Positions 63,035-64,000 of a DNA stretch of 64,000 nucleotides are shown here, one piece after another. How positions within the stretch are numbered: position 1 is the stretch's first letter; every line of letters starts with the position of its first letter. The notes under the pieces were generated by a model that saw only the letters and a program-made list of their open reading frames with translations, made no database searches and had not been told where the DNA came from. The translations under genes were made by a program, and so were the position numbers. This DNA comes from Octopus bimaculoides (taxonomy: Eukaryota): NCBI RefSeq assembly GCF_001194135.2, contig NC_068983.1:166727024-166791023 (forward strand). The letters run 5' to 3'.

Positions 63035-64000
63035 TACGAGGGTCGACAGAAAAGTTCATAGGATGACCAAGATACTCTTCTGGAATGAGACCAAATGAGG
63101 TTTATTTTTCAACATAGTCCCCCTTACGGTTCACACACCTCTTCCGTCGGTGTTGCAGTGCTTGCGTCTCATTAGTGAACAAGTATTCGTCCTGTTGGTT
63201 TAAAAGTCATCAACATCAGATATGACGTCACCAGCAGAGCGATAGTGATTCCCATCCAAGTGATTTTTCATGTTGGTGAAGAGATGGTAGTCAGATGGGG
63301 CCAAATCAGGAGAATAAGGAGGCCGATCAACCAGTTCAAAGCTACTGTCGCGCACAGAAGCCATTGAAACGAGGGACTTCTGTGCTGGAGCAGTAACCTT
63401 ATGAAACAAAACCCCTTTCGCCAGTTTTCCGGAGCATAGCCTTTCGTAACTGCCTCAACAAAACTGGCATAGTACTCTCCATTAATGGTGTGACCCTTTT
63501 AAAGTCAGTCAATAAACACAATGTCTTTTGCATACCAAAACATTAAAGCCATCACCTTCTGCGCAGATGAAATGACCTTAGAGCAGGTGAGGAGGGGGTG
63601 TCTCCACGGCATAGATTGTTTCTTTGTCTCTGGCTCAAAGAGATGAAACCAACACTAATCCCGACTTAGGAAATACTAAAGGAAACCAGTTGGATCTGCT
63701 TCAAACAATGTCAGATTTCGTCCTGATGTGGTCAGCCTGGGTACGCTTTTGGTCAGGTGTGAGAAGCCGTGGCACCTACCGAGTAAGAAACCTTGGTCGT
63801 GCCAAGTTCATTATGCAGAGTATATTCTCAAATCTCTCACGGGAAATGCTATTAGCATTGACTATTTGATTTAGAGTCAATCGCTTGTCATCCATCACCA
63901 TGGGGTGGACACAATGTTTTCCTCGGTAGTGGCAGTTGCAGGACGTCCAGACATCGGGTCATCTTCAAGAATCTCCCTTCCCCTCCCAGATTCAGCTGCC
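63035..64000 (-). mobile_element. Decayed mariner (Tc1/mariner DD34D) transposon running off the window
   Basis: ORF 63200-63409 RPPYSPDLAPSDYHLF is the mariner signature. Terminus TA-CGAGGG at 63035. Stops and frameshifts present. Confidence 0.9.

Overview
AT-rich, intron-rich animal genomic DNA from a draft assembly, with many N gaps and dense SINE/LINE/microsatellite content. The repeat landscape looks coleoid cephalopod (Octopus-like); this is inferred from remembered repeat families, not from a search. Two protein-coding genes can be built from splice signals, and they lie tail-to-tail. (1) CPT2 (carnitine O-palmitoyltransferase 2) is on the minus strand: 13 phase-consistent coding exons, 48330 to 22765, 629 aa, with catalytic FEHSWGDG and STS motifs and one GC-AG intron. 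The exon for the mitochondrial presequence was not found. (2) A MEI4-like meiotic double-strand-break factor is on the plus strand: 3 exons, 16466-21685, start exon not found. A weaker candidate minus-strand gene (6983 to 1164) would end in the peroxisomal signal SKL*. The rest is mostly RTE-clade LINE relics, tRNA-derived SINEs, CR1/L2 relics, foldback/TIR elements and a decayed mariner. The most interesting non-genic signal is a set of candidate self-cleaving ribozymes in retroelements. These are an inverted dimer of a tRNA-headed SINE carrying a Penelope-type hammerhead and flanked by a 13-bp direct repeat, two further hammerhead-like relics with expanded stem II, and an HDV-like double pseudoknot at the 5' end of an RTE LINE. 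CpG decay in repeat copies also maps likely methylated gene bodies against unmethylated intergenic blocks.
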